Of a DNA stretch of 64,000 nucleotides, positions 29,283-38,975 are shown one piece after another. This stretch comes from Candidatus Kapaibacterium sp. (GTDB lineage Bacteria; Bacteroidota; Ignavibacteria; Kapaibacteriales; UBA2268). A program made the translations under genes and the position numbers. The stretch's first letter is position 1; each line of letters begins with the position of its first letter. The DNA lies in assembly GCA_963664875.1 (NCBI GenBank), contig OY761611.1:3712001-3776000 (forward strand), written 5' to 3'. The notes beneath the pieces are model-generated. The model did not search any database and had not been told where the DNA came from. It saw nothing but the letters and a program-made list of their open reading frames with translations.

Positions 29283-29744
29283 TTATTCGTTAATCTTTCT
29301 GATGATATTTGTTGTGGATTTGCCTTCGACGAGTGGAATCACTACAACTTCGCCACCATTTTGAGTAACTATATCAGCACCGACTATAGTTTCCGGAGTA
29401 TAATCGCCACCTTTGACTATGATGTCAGGCATTATAGCTGAAACCAATTCAAAGGGTGTATCTTCATCAAAAACGGAAACATAATCCACGAATTTAAGAG
29501 CTGAAAGTATCCCGGCTCTGTCGTTTTCATTATTCACTGGTCGGCTTGGACCTTTGAGTGCAGAGACAGAAGCATCACTATTTAGTCCTATCACAAGAAT
29601 ATCGCCAAGCCTTGCAGCTTTTTCGAGATATGTAACGTGCCCGATATGTAAAATATCGAAGCATCCGTTAGTGAATACAACTTTCTTGCCGTTTGCTTTT
29701 AGCTCTCTGCAAACAGTGCTTAGGGTTTCTCTACTTATCAGCAT
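29283..29744 (-). CDS. rfaE2: D-glycero-beta-D-manno-heptose 1-phosphate adenylyltransferase
   Basis: [38 protein letters not shown]. Confidence 0.95.
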   Translation of the reverse strand: MLISRETLSTVCRELKANGKKVVFTNGCFDILHIGHVTYLEKAARLGDILVIGLNSDASVSALKGPSRPVNNENDRAGILSALKFVDYVSVFDEDTPFELVSAIMPDIIVKGGDYTPETIVGADIVTQNGGEVVVIPLVEGKSTTNIIRKINE

Positions 29745-30750
29745 TTACACCATTTCTTGCAACTGTTTCCAATAATTCGTTTACTTTGATGGACACGATG
29801 CCGGGTTGTTCGCAAACCACACCGGAAGCATAATTAGCAAGAGCAGCAGCTTCTTTTATATTTGCATTTCCTGCGATAGCTGCAGCAAGCGTAGCAATTG
29901 CTGTGTCGCCGGCACCCGAAACATCTGAGACATTCCTTGCACGGGTAGGCACAGAAGAGATATCGCCGTTTTTCTCAAATAGCATCATGCCGTCTTTGCC
30001 GAGTGTTAGTAATATATTTTCACTATCGAGTTTTTCTAAAAGCATTTTACCGGCTTTTTCGACTTCTGCCGGAGTGCTTATGTCGATACTTAGTGCTTCT
30101 TTAGCTTCTTTTCTATTCGGTTTGAAGACAGTAACACCTTTGTATGTAAAGAAGTTTGCAAATTTTGGATCTACAAATACCGGCACTTTAAACTGTTTAG
30201 CTCTTGAGATTACTTCTCTAATCAGCCCGTCTGAAATTGTACCTTTGTTGTAATCTTCAAAGATAATACCGGCAAGTCCTTTGGTTCTGTCGAGCAAGTC
30301 TAAAATAAAGTGCTCGCCTTCGTCAGAAAGCTCATCTCTGACTTCTCTATCGAGGCGGAGAAGTTGTTGGTTATTGCCGAAAACTCTTGTTTTTACGGTA
30401 GTTGGTCTTTCATCGTCGATATAGAGACCCGAAGAATCTAAACCAATTTTTTCGCATATATCGATGAATGATTTACCCGAGTTATCATTGCCAATGACCC
30501 CGCAAAGTAGTGGTTCTAATCCGAGTGATTTCAGATTTTTGGCTACGTTTGCCGCACCGCCAAGGTGGTAAGTTTCACTTTCTACATCTACTACGGGCAC
30601 AGGTGCTTCGGGAGAGATTCTGCTGACACCGCCCCAGAAGTATCTGTCCAGCATTACGTCGCCCACAACAGCAATCTTTTTGTTAGCTGCTCCGGTAATG
30701 ATTTCGTTGGCTCTTTCGCGTGATAGATTTTGCATAATAAAATATTTCAA
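29731..30750 (-). CDS. rfaE1: D-glycero-beta-D-manno-heptose-7-phosphate kinase
   Basis: [42 protein letters not shown]; start may be 30735. Confidence 0.95.
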   Translation of the reverse strand: MKYFIMQNLSRERANEIITGAANKKIAVVGDVMLDRYFWGGVSRISPEAPVPVVDVESETYHLGGAANVAKNLKSLGLEPLLCGVIGNDNSGKSFIDICEKIGLDSSGLYIDDERPTTVKTRVFGNNQQLLRLDREVRDELSDEGEHFILDLLDRTKGLAGIIFEDYNKGTISDGLIREVISRAKQFKVPVFVDPKFANFFTYKGVTVFKPNRKEAKEALSIDISTPAEVEKAGKMLLEKLDSENILLTLGKDGMMLFEKNGDISSVPTRARNVSDVSGAGDTAIATLAAAIAGNANIKEAAALANYASGVVCEQPGIVSIKVNELLETVARNGVNADK

Positions 30751-30912
30751 TAATTAGGAATACTAATACAAAGATACATTATTTTGCTCATAAGAATAAG
30801 TTTTTTCACTCCTCTTAGTTCTTTTTTTTGAAATAAACAGGAATAATCAGGAAAAATCTATATTGAGTGATGAAGTATAGAATGGATGCAATAATGGTGC
30901 GATTTGCTTAAA

Positions 30913-31657
30913 CCCAAATCCCTAATACAAACTTGCGTTTGTGGCAAAAAGGAGCTAACTGTTTGTCTATTTTTTCTTTATAAATATCATTTAGTCGATA
31001 ATATATATATAATACCATAAAAAATAGTCTGTGTATTGCCTATATATTGCATCAGCACTCCCTAATATAGAAATATTTTTCAGTAATGCCTTAATTGGAT
31101 GTGCATCTTACGCTTAAACACTAGATGAGGAGAGGAGATAAAGCGTTCTTTTTTCTTTTTCTTTGGTTTCCGTTTCTTTTTCTTTTTTATCGCAAAAAAA
31201 AGAAAAAGAAATGGAAAAAGTAACACCATTCTCTTATTTATATCACCTGTAAAGGAAAGTCTTGCCGCCCTTACAGGGCTCTGTTTACTCAATACTTGCA
31301 ACCGTCCCATGGCGCTGCCATGGGCTATTATCTATCAGCCTTTCAGGCTGAAAATATATTCTTATTAACCTACATTATTCGACTGCAACGTTTAACCAAT
31401 AAACTCAATATGGATAAAAGATATAATTATCTTCATATCGTTGTCTTTCATTCTAACAACTACTTCCTTACAATTAGTTAGATGGAAAATGTTATTTAAA
31501 AACCTATTTAAGTCGTTATCTTGTTTCTTGGCGAGGGGTTAAAACCCCTTGTTCAATGATTCAATAAGTAAGTTTTTCTTACATTTACTCATTGAATATT
31601 TCTTCGCAAATAAAGGAAGTTATAAGTATTTTTGAGTTCTAATGACAAATCAAGGTT
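30913..31657 (+). repeat. Long intergenic repeat, copy A (~745 bp, hairpin-rich, MITE/REP-like or structured RNA)
   Basis: Reverse complement of 35031..35827; first ~380 bp also match 43701..44079. Confidence 0.92.
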
Positions 31658-31692
31658 AAAAAAAAGCCCGAGTGACAGCTTGTCAATCGGGC
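31658..31692 (-). terminator. Intrinsic terminator after satP
   Basis: A8-GCCCGA.TGACA-gct-TGTCA.TCGGGC. Confidence 0.7.
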
Positions 31693-31717
31693 AAATGTAA
31701 AGTATTATATTGTCAGA

Positions 31718-32284
31718 TTACTTTTTGATCCAAGCTTTGCCTGATTTGAGCAATTCTTTTCCTGAAAGTTCGTTCAAAATCACAGCTGCCATCATATACC
31801 ATGCATTAAAAGCACAAGCAATAAGTACATAAGCTGCAACCTGATTCATAGCAGGCATACCAAAGTGACCTAAATCGAGCAAAATGAAGCCGGCTAAAAG
31901 CAAAGTGAATGTAGAAGCCATTGCACCATGGATAAACATTGAACCTATCCAAAAAATTACTGTCAATAAAGTCCAGCCAACTAAGTACCAACCAACATCA
32001 GTGTGGGAAGCAGTATAAACTCCCAAATGGTTTAAAATCCAGATGATTCCTAAACCAATCCAGAAAGCACCATAGCTTGTAAATGCTGCAAAGCCAAAGT
32101 TGTTGCCTGTTTTTTGTTCTAACAGACCGGCTATAAATTGTGCTAAACCGCCAAAAATGATACCCATTGCTAATACCGGGCCTAAGCCTAACAAGCCCAA
32201 ATTGTGGATTTGTAATAAAAATGTAGTCAGACCAAAGCCTGCCAAACCGACAACAGCAGGGTTGCCCAATTTGATGTTACTCAT
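31718..32284 (-). CDS. satP: Acetate/succinate uptake transporter, GPR1/FUN34/YaaH family
   Basis: LGNPA.VGL.GFG.TT, FGGLAQ..AG, GNNFG..AF.SYG.FW; 6 TM. Confidence 0.9.
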   Translation of the reverse strand: MSNIKLGNPAVVGLAGFGLTTFLLQIHNLGLLGLGPVLAMGIIFGGLAQFIAGLLEQKTGNNFGFAAFTSYGAFWIGLGIIWILNHLGVYTASHTDVGWYLVGWTLLTVIFWIGSMFIHGAMASTFTLLLAGFILLDLGHFGMPAMNQVAAYVLIACAFNAWYMMAAVILNELSGKELLKSGKAWIKK

Positions 32285-32541
32285 CTTGATGAACTCCTAA
32301 AAAAGATTGAATGTATGAACTAAATAAAGGTGCATTTGGATAGAATTAAGTGCTTTGAAATTGAGTATTATGAATAATATTCATTGTCGAAACAGAATTA
32401 TGCAATTTGACACAATTATAAATGTAATATACAAAAAAGAGCTAGCAAGAATAATTGTCGAATAAATATATTTCGTTCATTATTCATAGAATAGAATTTT
32501 TTGAATACTACTTAGTAAACTTTAGTACTGTTTGGAAGTCG

Positions 32542-33522
32542 CTAAATGCCAGGGATTTTATTTAAAATTTGCAGAGCTGCTTCTACATGGCGATTATCTA
32601 CCATAGAAGAGCGTTGCAGCTCCTCCTTGCCAAATAGTTCTTTGGCAGCTGCAAACTGTTTTACCGCAAGGCATGATGAGGCAAGGATAAAGAGCCTTAA
32701 TCCTTCAATATTGGTATTATCTGATACGAAATCCGTGTAAAACTTAACATCAGATGGATTGTCTGCAGACAAGGCGAGTTGAGCTAATTTGATACGCACC
32801 ATTTCGTTCTGTTCCTGAGTAAGGGAATTGTCTTTAAATAGTTGCGTATAAATAGACTTAGCAGAGTCAAAATCTTTCAGTGCGAAATATGTATTTGCAA
32901 GATGAAATTTGACAAAATCATCATTGGGATTGTCCTCTAAGTCTAATTTGAGTAGCTCGAGATTGCGTTTGTATTTGCTTATGCTTTCTTTGTTATAACC
33001 GCTATGTTTAATCAGTATTTTGCTGTCAGCAATTTTAAAACCGGCATTTTCTATAGATGGTCTGATTTGTTCGTGTATTCTACCGGAAAAGTAGAAACGT
33101 TTGTCATTTCTGAATATCCGTGTGTAAGTATGTATCGAACGAGGAGAATTATCATCAGGGCCTAAAATGTTTTCGATATTTACCATTATACCGCCGATTT
33201 CTTCATCTAAAAACAAAAACGAAGAATCATCTATGCTCTGTTTGTCTATCAATTCGTCTGTATCGACACAAATAATCCAATCTGTCCTCATCAGAGAAAT
33301 CGCATAATTGCGAGCTAAGCTGAAACTTGACTGCCAACTGCAAAAATGAACTTCTGCTCCGCATCGGGTTGCAATTTTTGCAGTATCGTCTTCCGAACCT
33401 GTATCAACAACTACAATCTGCTTGCAAAATGTTTGCAAATGAAGTATTAATTTTTCAATTGAGGAAGCAGAGTTTTTTGCAATTATTGCAGCTCCTAAAT
33501 CTATATTCGGACGGATTAGCAT
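32542..33522 (-). CDS. Family 2 glycosyltransferase with C-terminal TPR
   Basis: IIAKN, VVDTGSEDDT, FSLARN, VDTDE, GRIHEQ, I.HSGY, RNLELL; TPR helices. Confidence 0.9.
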   Translation of the reverse strand: MLIRPNIDLGAAIIAKNSASSIEKLILHLQTFCKQIVVVDTGSEDDTAKIATRCGAEVHFCSWQSSFSLARNYAISLMRTDWIICVDTDELIDKQSIDDSSFLFLDEEIGGIMVNIENILGPDDNSPRSIHTYTRIFRNDKRFYFSGRIHEQIRPSIENAGFKIADSKILIKHSGYNKESISKYKRNLELLKLDLEDNPNDDFVKFHLANTYFALKDFDSAKSIYTQLFKDNSLTQEQNEMVRIKLAQLALSADNPSDVKFYTDFVSDNTNIEGLRLFILASSCLAVKQFAAAKELFGKEELQRSSMVDNRHVEAALQILNKIPGI

Positions 33523-33610
33523 ATTAGCCTATAAATATTTAAAACGGATTCAAAACGATTTCGCAGTATATATATACTTTAGATGACAAAAATACGTACA
33601 AAATAGTGCA

Positions 33611-35038
33611 ATGGCAAACCAAATGAAAGTTTCTGAAGTAATTTCTGATATTAGGGGAGTTTCTCCTTCTGTTCTTGCTTTCTTTTTAAGCGAAGGAAGG
33701 TACAAAATACCCAAACACATTCAGTATTTAGAAAGTAAAATTCTTGAATCAATACACTTGGGCAATAGATACCTATGCATCAATATGCCTCCAAGGCATG
33801 GCAAATCAGAATATTTGTCTAAATACCTACCTCTCTGGTTTTTATTTACTTTTCCGCAAAGGAGGATAATCCTTACTTCCTATGAGTCATCATTTGCTGC
33901 GGAGTGGGGACAAAAGGTAAAGCAATTGATAGTTGACAACGAATCAGAGCTCCATATATCCATTAGCAAAGACAACAGGAGTAGTAGCCATTTTGTGCTG
34001 GAAGGCACTTTAGGAAGTATGAGCTGCGTGGGAGCAGGCGGTGCGATTACAGGAAAAGGGGCAGATCTTCTGATAATAGATGACCCGGTCAAAAATGATG
34101 CAGAAGCCAATAGTCCACATCAGAGAGAAATACTCTTTGATTGGTTCAAATCAACTGTTTTCACAAGGATTGAGCCTGGTGGCGTGATGGTGCTGCTGAT
34201 GACAAGATGGCACGAAGACGACTTAACCGGAAGACTGAAACAAAGTTTTTCTTCAGATCCGAATTGGGAGTTTATCACAATACCTGCCATTGCCGAATCA
34301 GATGATTTATTGGGGAGAGAAGCCGGAGATGCACTATGGGAAGAAAGGTTTGATTATGCCAAGCTATTGGAAATTGAGAGGACAATAGGCAAATACTGGT
34401 TTTCGGCTCTATATATGCAAAAGCCAAGCCCATCTGGAGGAGCTTTATTTAATAAGCGTTACTTTAGATATTTTACTTCTTCAGAGTTGCATTATCATTA
34501 TGATGACACAAGAGCATTAAAAGAAAAATGCAAGATATACGCAACTGTGGATTTGGCAATAAGTACCTCCGAGATGGCTGACTACAGCGTTGTGCTGATA
34601 TTTGCAATAAGTGCTGACAAAAAGATTTTTATAGAAGATATTATAAGAGAAAGATTCGAACCGACACATCACTATAAGCTTATAGAATCAGTTTATCACA
34701 AGTATAGACCTGTTTTGATTGGAATAGAGAGTGTGCAGTATCAGATAGCGTTAGTCAAAGAGCTTTCTAATGGTGGCTTTCCTGTCAAAAAACTACTGCC
34801 TCAAAAGGACAAAATCTCACGGGCTTTAAGAGTAATCGCAAAACTCGAATTGGGAGAAATTTACTTCAAAAGAGACGCAAGCTGGCTACAGACTTTTGAA
34901 AATGAACTACTGGAATTTCCAAATTCCAAACACGACGATCAGGTTGATTGCTTAAGTTACATTGTTGATATGATGAATTATTCCGGGAGCTCCATGCCCG
35001 GATTCAGCATTAGAAAGGGGAAATTAGATAAACCCTGA
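33611..35038 (+). CDS. Phage terminase large subunit (orphan)
   Basis: Walker A MPPRHGKS, ITGKGADLLIIDDP (Walker B), MTRWHEDDL, ALYMQ.P, nuclease VDLA...ADYS, IESVQYQ, DKISRA, FPN.KHDDQVD. Confidence 0.92.
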   Translation: MANQMKVSEVISDIRGVSPSVLAFFLSEGRYKIPKHIQYLESKILESIHLGNRYLCINMPPRHGKSEYLSKYLPLWFLFTFPQRRIILTSYESSFAAEWGQKVKQLIVDNESELHISISKDNRSSSHFVLEGTLGSMSCVGAGGAITGKGADLLIIDDPVKNDAEANSPHQREILFDWFKSTVFTRIEPGGVMVLLMTRWHEDDLTGRLKQSFSSDPNWEFITIPAIAESDDLLGREAGDALWEERFDYAKLLEIERTIGKYWFSALYMQKPSPSGGALFNKRYFRYFTSSELHYHYDDTRALKEKCKIYATVDLAISTSEMADYSVVLIFAISADKKIFIEDIIRERFEPTHHYKLIESVYHKYRPVLIGIESVQYQIALVKELSNGGFPVKKLLPQKDKISRALRVIAKLELGEIYFKRDASWLQTFENELLEFPNSKHDDQVDCLSYIVDMMNYSGSSMPGFSIRKGKLDKP

Positions 35039-35827
35039 TTTGTCATTAGAACTCAAAAATACTTACAAATTCCTTAATGTGCGAAGAAATATTCAATGAG
35101 TAAATGTAAGAAAAACTTACTTATTGAATCATTGAACAAGGGAAAGGTTGCTGAGCTGAGAGTTTATACCTAGCAAAGTCGAGGTAAATCATAACCCTTG
35201 CCAAGAAACAAGATAACGACTTTAATTGGTTTTTAAATGACATTTTCTATCTAACTAATTGTAAGGAAGTAGTTGTTAGAATGAAAGACAACGATATGAA
35301 GAAAATATTTTATTATTTTAAACCATATTGAGTTTATTAGTTAAACGTTGCAGGTGAATAATGTTGGTTAATAAAAATATATTTTCAGACTGAAAGGCTG
35401 ATAGATAATAGCCCATGGCAGCGCCATGGGACGGTTGTAAGTATTGAGTAAACAGAGCCCTGTAAGGGCGGCAAGACTTTCCTTTACAGGTGATATAAAT
35501 AAGAGATTGGTGTTACTTTTTCCATTTCTTTTTCTTTTTTTTGCGATAAAAAAGAAAAAGAAACGGAAACCAAAGAAAAAGAAAAAAGAACGCTTTGTCT
35601 CCTCTCCTCATCTAGTTTTTAAGCGTAAGATGCACATCCAATTAAGGAATTACTGAAAACAAATTTCAATATTATGGAGTGCTGATGCAATATATATAGG
35701 CAATGCACGGACTATTTACTATGATATTATATATATTATTTCGACTAAATGATATTTATAAAGAAAAAAACAGACAAACAGTTAGCTCCTTTTTGCCACA
35801 AACGCAAGTTTGTATTAGGGATTTGGG
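35031..35827 (-). repeat. Long intergenic repeat, copy B (inverted relative to A, with a ~45-50 bp insertion)
   Basis: Reverse complement of 30913..31657; its left end overlaps the terminase stop codon. Confidence 0.92.
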
Positions 35828-35859
35828 ATAAAGAGTATTAGTGTTTTAGAGTGATTTTT

Positions 35860-35902
35860 AAAAAAAAAGAGTCACAAGACAGACTGTGCTGCAATGTGAC
35901 TC
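35860..35902 (-). terminator. Intrinsic terminator after ilvE
   Basis: A-run plus GAGTCACA...TGTGACTC. Confidence 0.6.
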
Positions 35903-35928
35903 AAATATATTAGGGAATATAAGTTAGA

Positions 35929-37002
35929 TTACAAATCTACTCTTACGTTCCAGTTGTGAGTATCTTCGACTTCGCCATATTGGATACCTGTGATAGTATC
36001 GTAGAATTTCTGGCTGATTTCGCCGATTTCATTATTGTTGATTATCATCTCTTGACCGTCATAGTGCAAAACGCCGACAGGGGAGATAACAGCAGCAGTA
36101 CCGGTGCCGAATACTTCTTTCAATTCGCCGGATTTGTGAGCAGCAATGATTTCGTCGATAGTGATCTGACGCTCTGAAACTTTCATACCCATTTCGCGAG
36201 CTAAAGTAAGTACAGAATCACGAGTAACGCCGGCAAGAATTGAAGCCTGCTCCAAAGAAGGAGTGATAAGCTCGTTGCCAATGATAAACATGATATTCAT
36301 AGCACCAACTTCGTCAATAAAAGTACGCTCTACACCATCTAACCAAAGCACCTGAGCAAAACCTTTAGCTTTTGCTACAGTGCCGGCATAAAGAGAAGCA
36401 GCGTAGTTAGCAGCTGTTTTAGCAGAGCCAAGCCCACCTCTTACAGCACGTACATGCTCTTTTTCGACCAAGATTTTTACAGGTTTCAAACCTTCTGCAT
36501 AGTACGAAGCTACAGGAGAAGTCATAACAATTAATTTGTAAGAATCTGAAGCATGAACTCCAAGGAAATTACCATCGCCATAAACAACAGGACGAATGTA
36601 AAGAGAGCAACCTCTTTCGGTAGGAATCCATTTTTGATCAACTTTTACTAACTCTTTGATGCCTTCTACTAAAGTTTCTACATCGTATTCAGGGATGCAG
36701 ACCATTTTAGCAGAGCGGTTCAAACGTTTTGCGTTCATATCAGGACGGAAGATATTTACATGTCCTTCTTTTGTAATAAAAGCTTTAAGGCCTTCGAAGA
36801 TAGACTGTCCATAGTGCAAAGTACACATAGCAGGCTCTACATTCATTGGGCCATAAGGAATAATCTCACCTTCATTCCATTTGCCGTTTTTATATTCAGC
36901 CACAAAGACGTGATCTGAAAAATACTTACCGAAACTAAGATTGTTATAGTCAACTTTAGAGATTCGGTCAGTCTCTACTTTATTGATTTTAAAGTTAGCC
37001 AT
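35929..37002 (-). CDS. ilvE: Branched-chain amino acid aminotransferase
   Basis: FGKYFSDH, LHYGQSIFEGLKA, LYIRP, AKTAANYA, EVGAMN, IL.GVTRDS, GTGTAAVISPV. Confidence 0.96.
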   Translation of the reverse strand: MANFKINKVETDRISKVDYNNLSFGKYFSDHVFVAEYKNGKWNEGEIIPYGPMNVEPAMCTLHYGQSIFEGLKAFITKEGHVNIFRPDMNAKRLNRSAKMVCIPEYDVETLVEGIKELVKVDQKWIPTERGCSLYIRPVVYGDGNFLGVHASDSYKLIVMTSPVASYYAEGLKPVKILVEKEHVRAVRGGLGSAKTAANYAASLYAGTVAKAKGFAQVLWLDGVERTFIDEVGAMNIMFIIGNELITPSLEQASILAGVTRDSVLTLAREMGMKVSERQITIDEIIAAHKSGELKEVFGTGTAAVISPVGVLHYDGQEMIINNNEIGEISQKFYDTITGIQYGEVEDTHNWNVRVDL

Positions 37003-37121
37003 TACACTTTCCTTTACTTTTTTATTTATCTTGATTCTCTAAATCCTTATTTGGAAAGAATCTTCAATAATCACTGCATATTACGAAAATAGATTGACTT
37101 TCCAAACATTCTATCAGAAGA

Positions 37122-38786
37122 TTAATATTCGTAAGTAGTATTAATATCTCTTGGAATATCTTTAAGAGATTCTATCATCTGATCTATCTCAGGAGTTCGG
37201 ATGCTGTATTTTTCTAAGAATTTTTTAGTGCCTTCGTAGTTCCCTTCTGCCTGTAAAGTTAACACTTCGCGAGCCATTTCGCCGACTTTGTCAAAGAAGA
37301 TAGCCATATCGATTGTGTATTTGCCATCATCCATTTTGATTATGGCGCCTTTTTCGCGTAAGTAATTGAACTGAGCCAAGTTTGCTCTGCCGTGAGCAGA
37401 TACAGTCCCAAATCTAATAGAGCGGAATAAGCCGGGCAAATAAGTAGCTACAACTTTTTTCATATAAGCATCATCTACTAGTTTCATGTCGTAAAGATGC
37501 TTGAAGTTATACATACCAAGAATGTCTGCTTTGTTTTCTTCAATCGGAGAGTATAGCTCTTCGAGTGCTTTTCTAACATCTAAAGACTCGTTGCCGAATA
37601 CTTTACCTCTGCCGAGAGTGTGGGACACTTCATGCAAAGTAACAAAGCTTGTGAAAGCGTTTGCGTCCACATCAGCAAGAAGAGCCGGGTCTAAGATTTT
37701 ATCAGCTATTGGTTTTACTATTTTTTCAAATTTAGCAGTCATCATGTTTTTATACATAGATTTTTTACTGCCCTTTTGAGTATAAACATCAGGATTATTA
37801 GGCAGTGAAGCAGCGATAGTTTTTGTTCCTTTTTGGCAATCACCACCGAAGTAAGCAACATTTACTACTTGTAATATATTAGTAGTCTTGTCGAGTTGCG
37901 TAATATATTTCGGATCAACCGGCAATCTCTTTTGGAATTCGTTGATATTAGATTCAAACATTTCAAGCTCTTTTGATGCCTGCGGATCTTTAACCATTAC
38001 AACTGCTTCAAATGCAGTTTTATAGTTAAAAATTTCGTCTTGGTAGTTTTCGATAGGGCCTAAGACCAAATCTATGTCGTTATTTTTTATATCCATCCAA
38101 GACCAATCTGCTTCAAAATAGTTATCGGTACGCAAAGCAATTGCAAGTTTAGTAAGATGAGTTTTTAAAGACTCATTGTCTGCAAGCGAAGCTGCAGAAT
38201 CTACCAAAGCTGCCATTTTTTCAACTTGCGGATATGCTTTTGAGTAAGGAACTGCAATCAGTTTATCACCATCGCGTTTAACTATTGAATATTGGCTTTC
38301 TAAAGATTCTTTTTGTTCAGGGTGGTTTTCAACATACTTAGTAAACTCTTCTTTGGTCATATCAATCGGGTAGAAGCCTGCTCCAAATGGTCTTCTTTCA
38401 GGTCCTTCGCCGACAAAGCGTTCGTTGCCGTAGATAACGTCATAAGGTCCGTAGTTGATTTTTACATAATCAGCATAAACTTTTGCATCTTCGTCCTTTG
38501 AGGAAAGCAAAGAGTCATAAACTGATTTTGCATCGTGAGCAGACTGCAGCCAGAAAATTTCATCAGCAAGATGACCGGCTTCCGACAATAATTTGACTAT
38601 TTGTTTCTGCTTTTCTGTAAGGTGAGAAATATCAGCCTTGATTGTAACAGGTGCATAAGCATCAATTTTGTGTTGTAACTCTATCATAGCCTGACTCGCT
38701 TCTGCGGGAGTGTTTTCCTGAGTTTCGCCACAAGAGACAGCAAACGCAAGAATAGCAACAGCCCCCAATTTTTTGAATAAGTTCAT
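37122..38786 (-). CDS. Zn-dependent peptidase, M49/dipeptidyl-peptidase-III-like lipoprotein
   Basis: Lipobox AVSC; INYGP, FYP.DMTKEEF, GPIENY.D, LPN, HEVSH, EENKAD, RSIRFG...AHG. Confidence 0.82.
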   Translation of the reverse strand: MNLFKKLGAVAILAFAVSCGETQENTPAEASQAMIELQHKIDAYAPVTIKADISHLTEKQKQIVKLLSEAGHLADEIFWLQSAHDAKSVYDSLLSSKDEDAKVYADYVKINYGPYDVIYGNERFVGEGPERRPFGAGFYPIDMTKEEFTKYVENHPEQKESLESQYSIVKRDGDKLIAVPYSKAYPQVEKMAALVDSAASLADNESLKTHLTKLAIALRTDNYFEADWSWMDIKNNDIDLVLGPIENYQDEIFNYKTAFEAVVMVKDPQASKELEMFESNINEFQKRLPVDPKYITQLDKTTNILQVVNVAYFGGDCQKGTKTIAASLPNNPDVYTQKGSKKSMYKNMMTAKFEKIVKPIADKILDPALLADVDANAFTSFVTLHEVSHTLGRGKVFGNESLDVRKALEELYSPIEENKADILGMYNFKHLYDMKLVDDAYMKKVVATYLPGLFRSIRFGTVSAHGRANLAQFNYLREKGAIIKMDDGKYTIDMAIFFDKVGEMAREVLTLQAEGNYEGTKKFLEKYSIRTPEIDQMIESLKDIPRDINTTYEY

Positions 38787-38975
38787 TAGATACCTTAGTA
38801 AATAGTGTGCAAAAAAATTCTCACTTTATGTCCTAAATTTACAATCAAAAAAGACGGTATGCAAATTTTTTCGGAAACTATTTATTATTTATGCCCGAAA
38901 ATAAAGAAAAAACCACAGATGAGAAATTTCAAATGTGGCTTTTTGCAGAGAATATAAAATTAAGTATATCTTAGC

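Noticed and set aside
31718-35038. Prophage
   Set aside because: Only the terminase is phage-like; no integrase, att sites, structural or lysis genes
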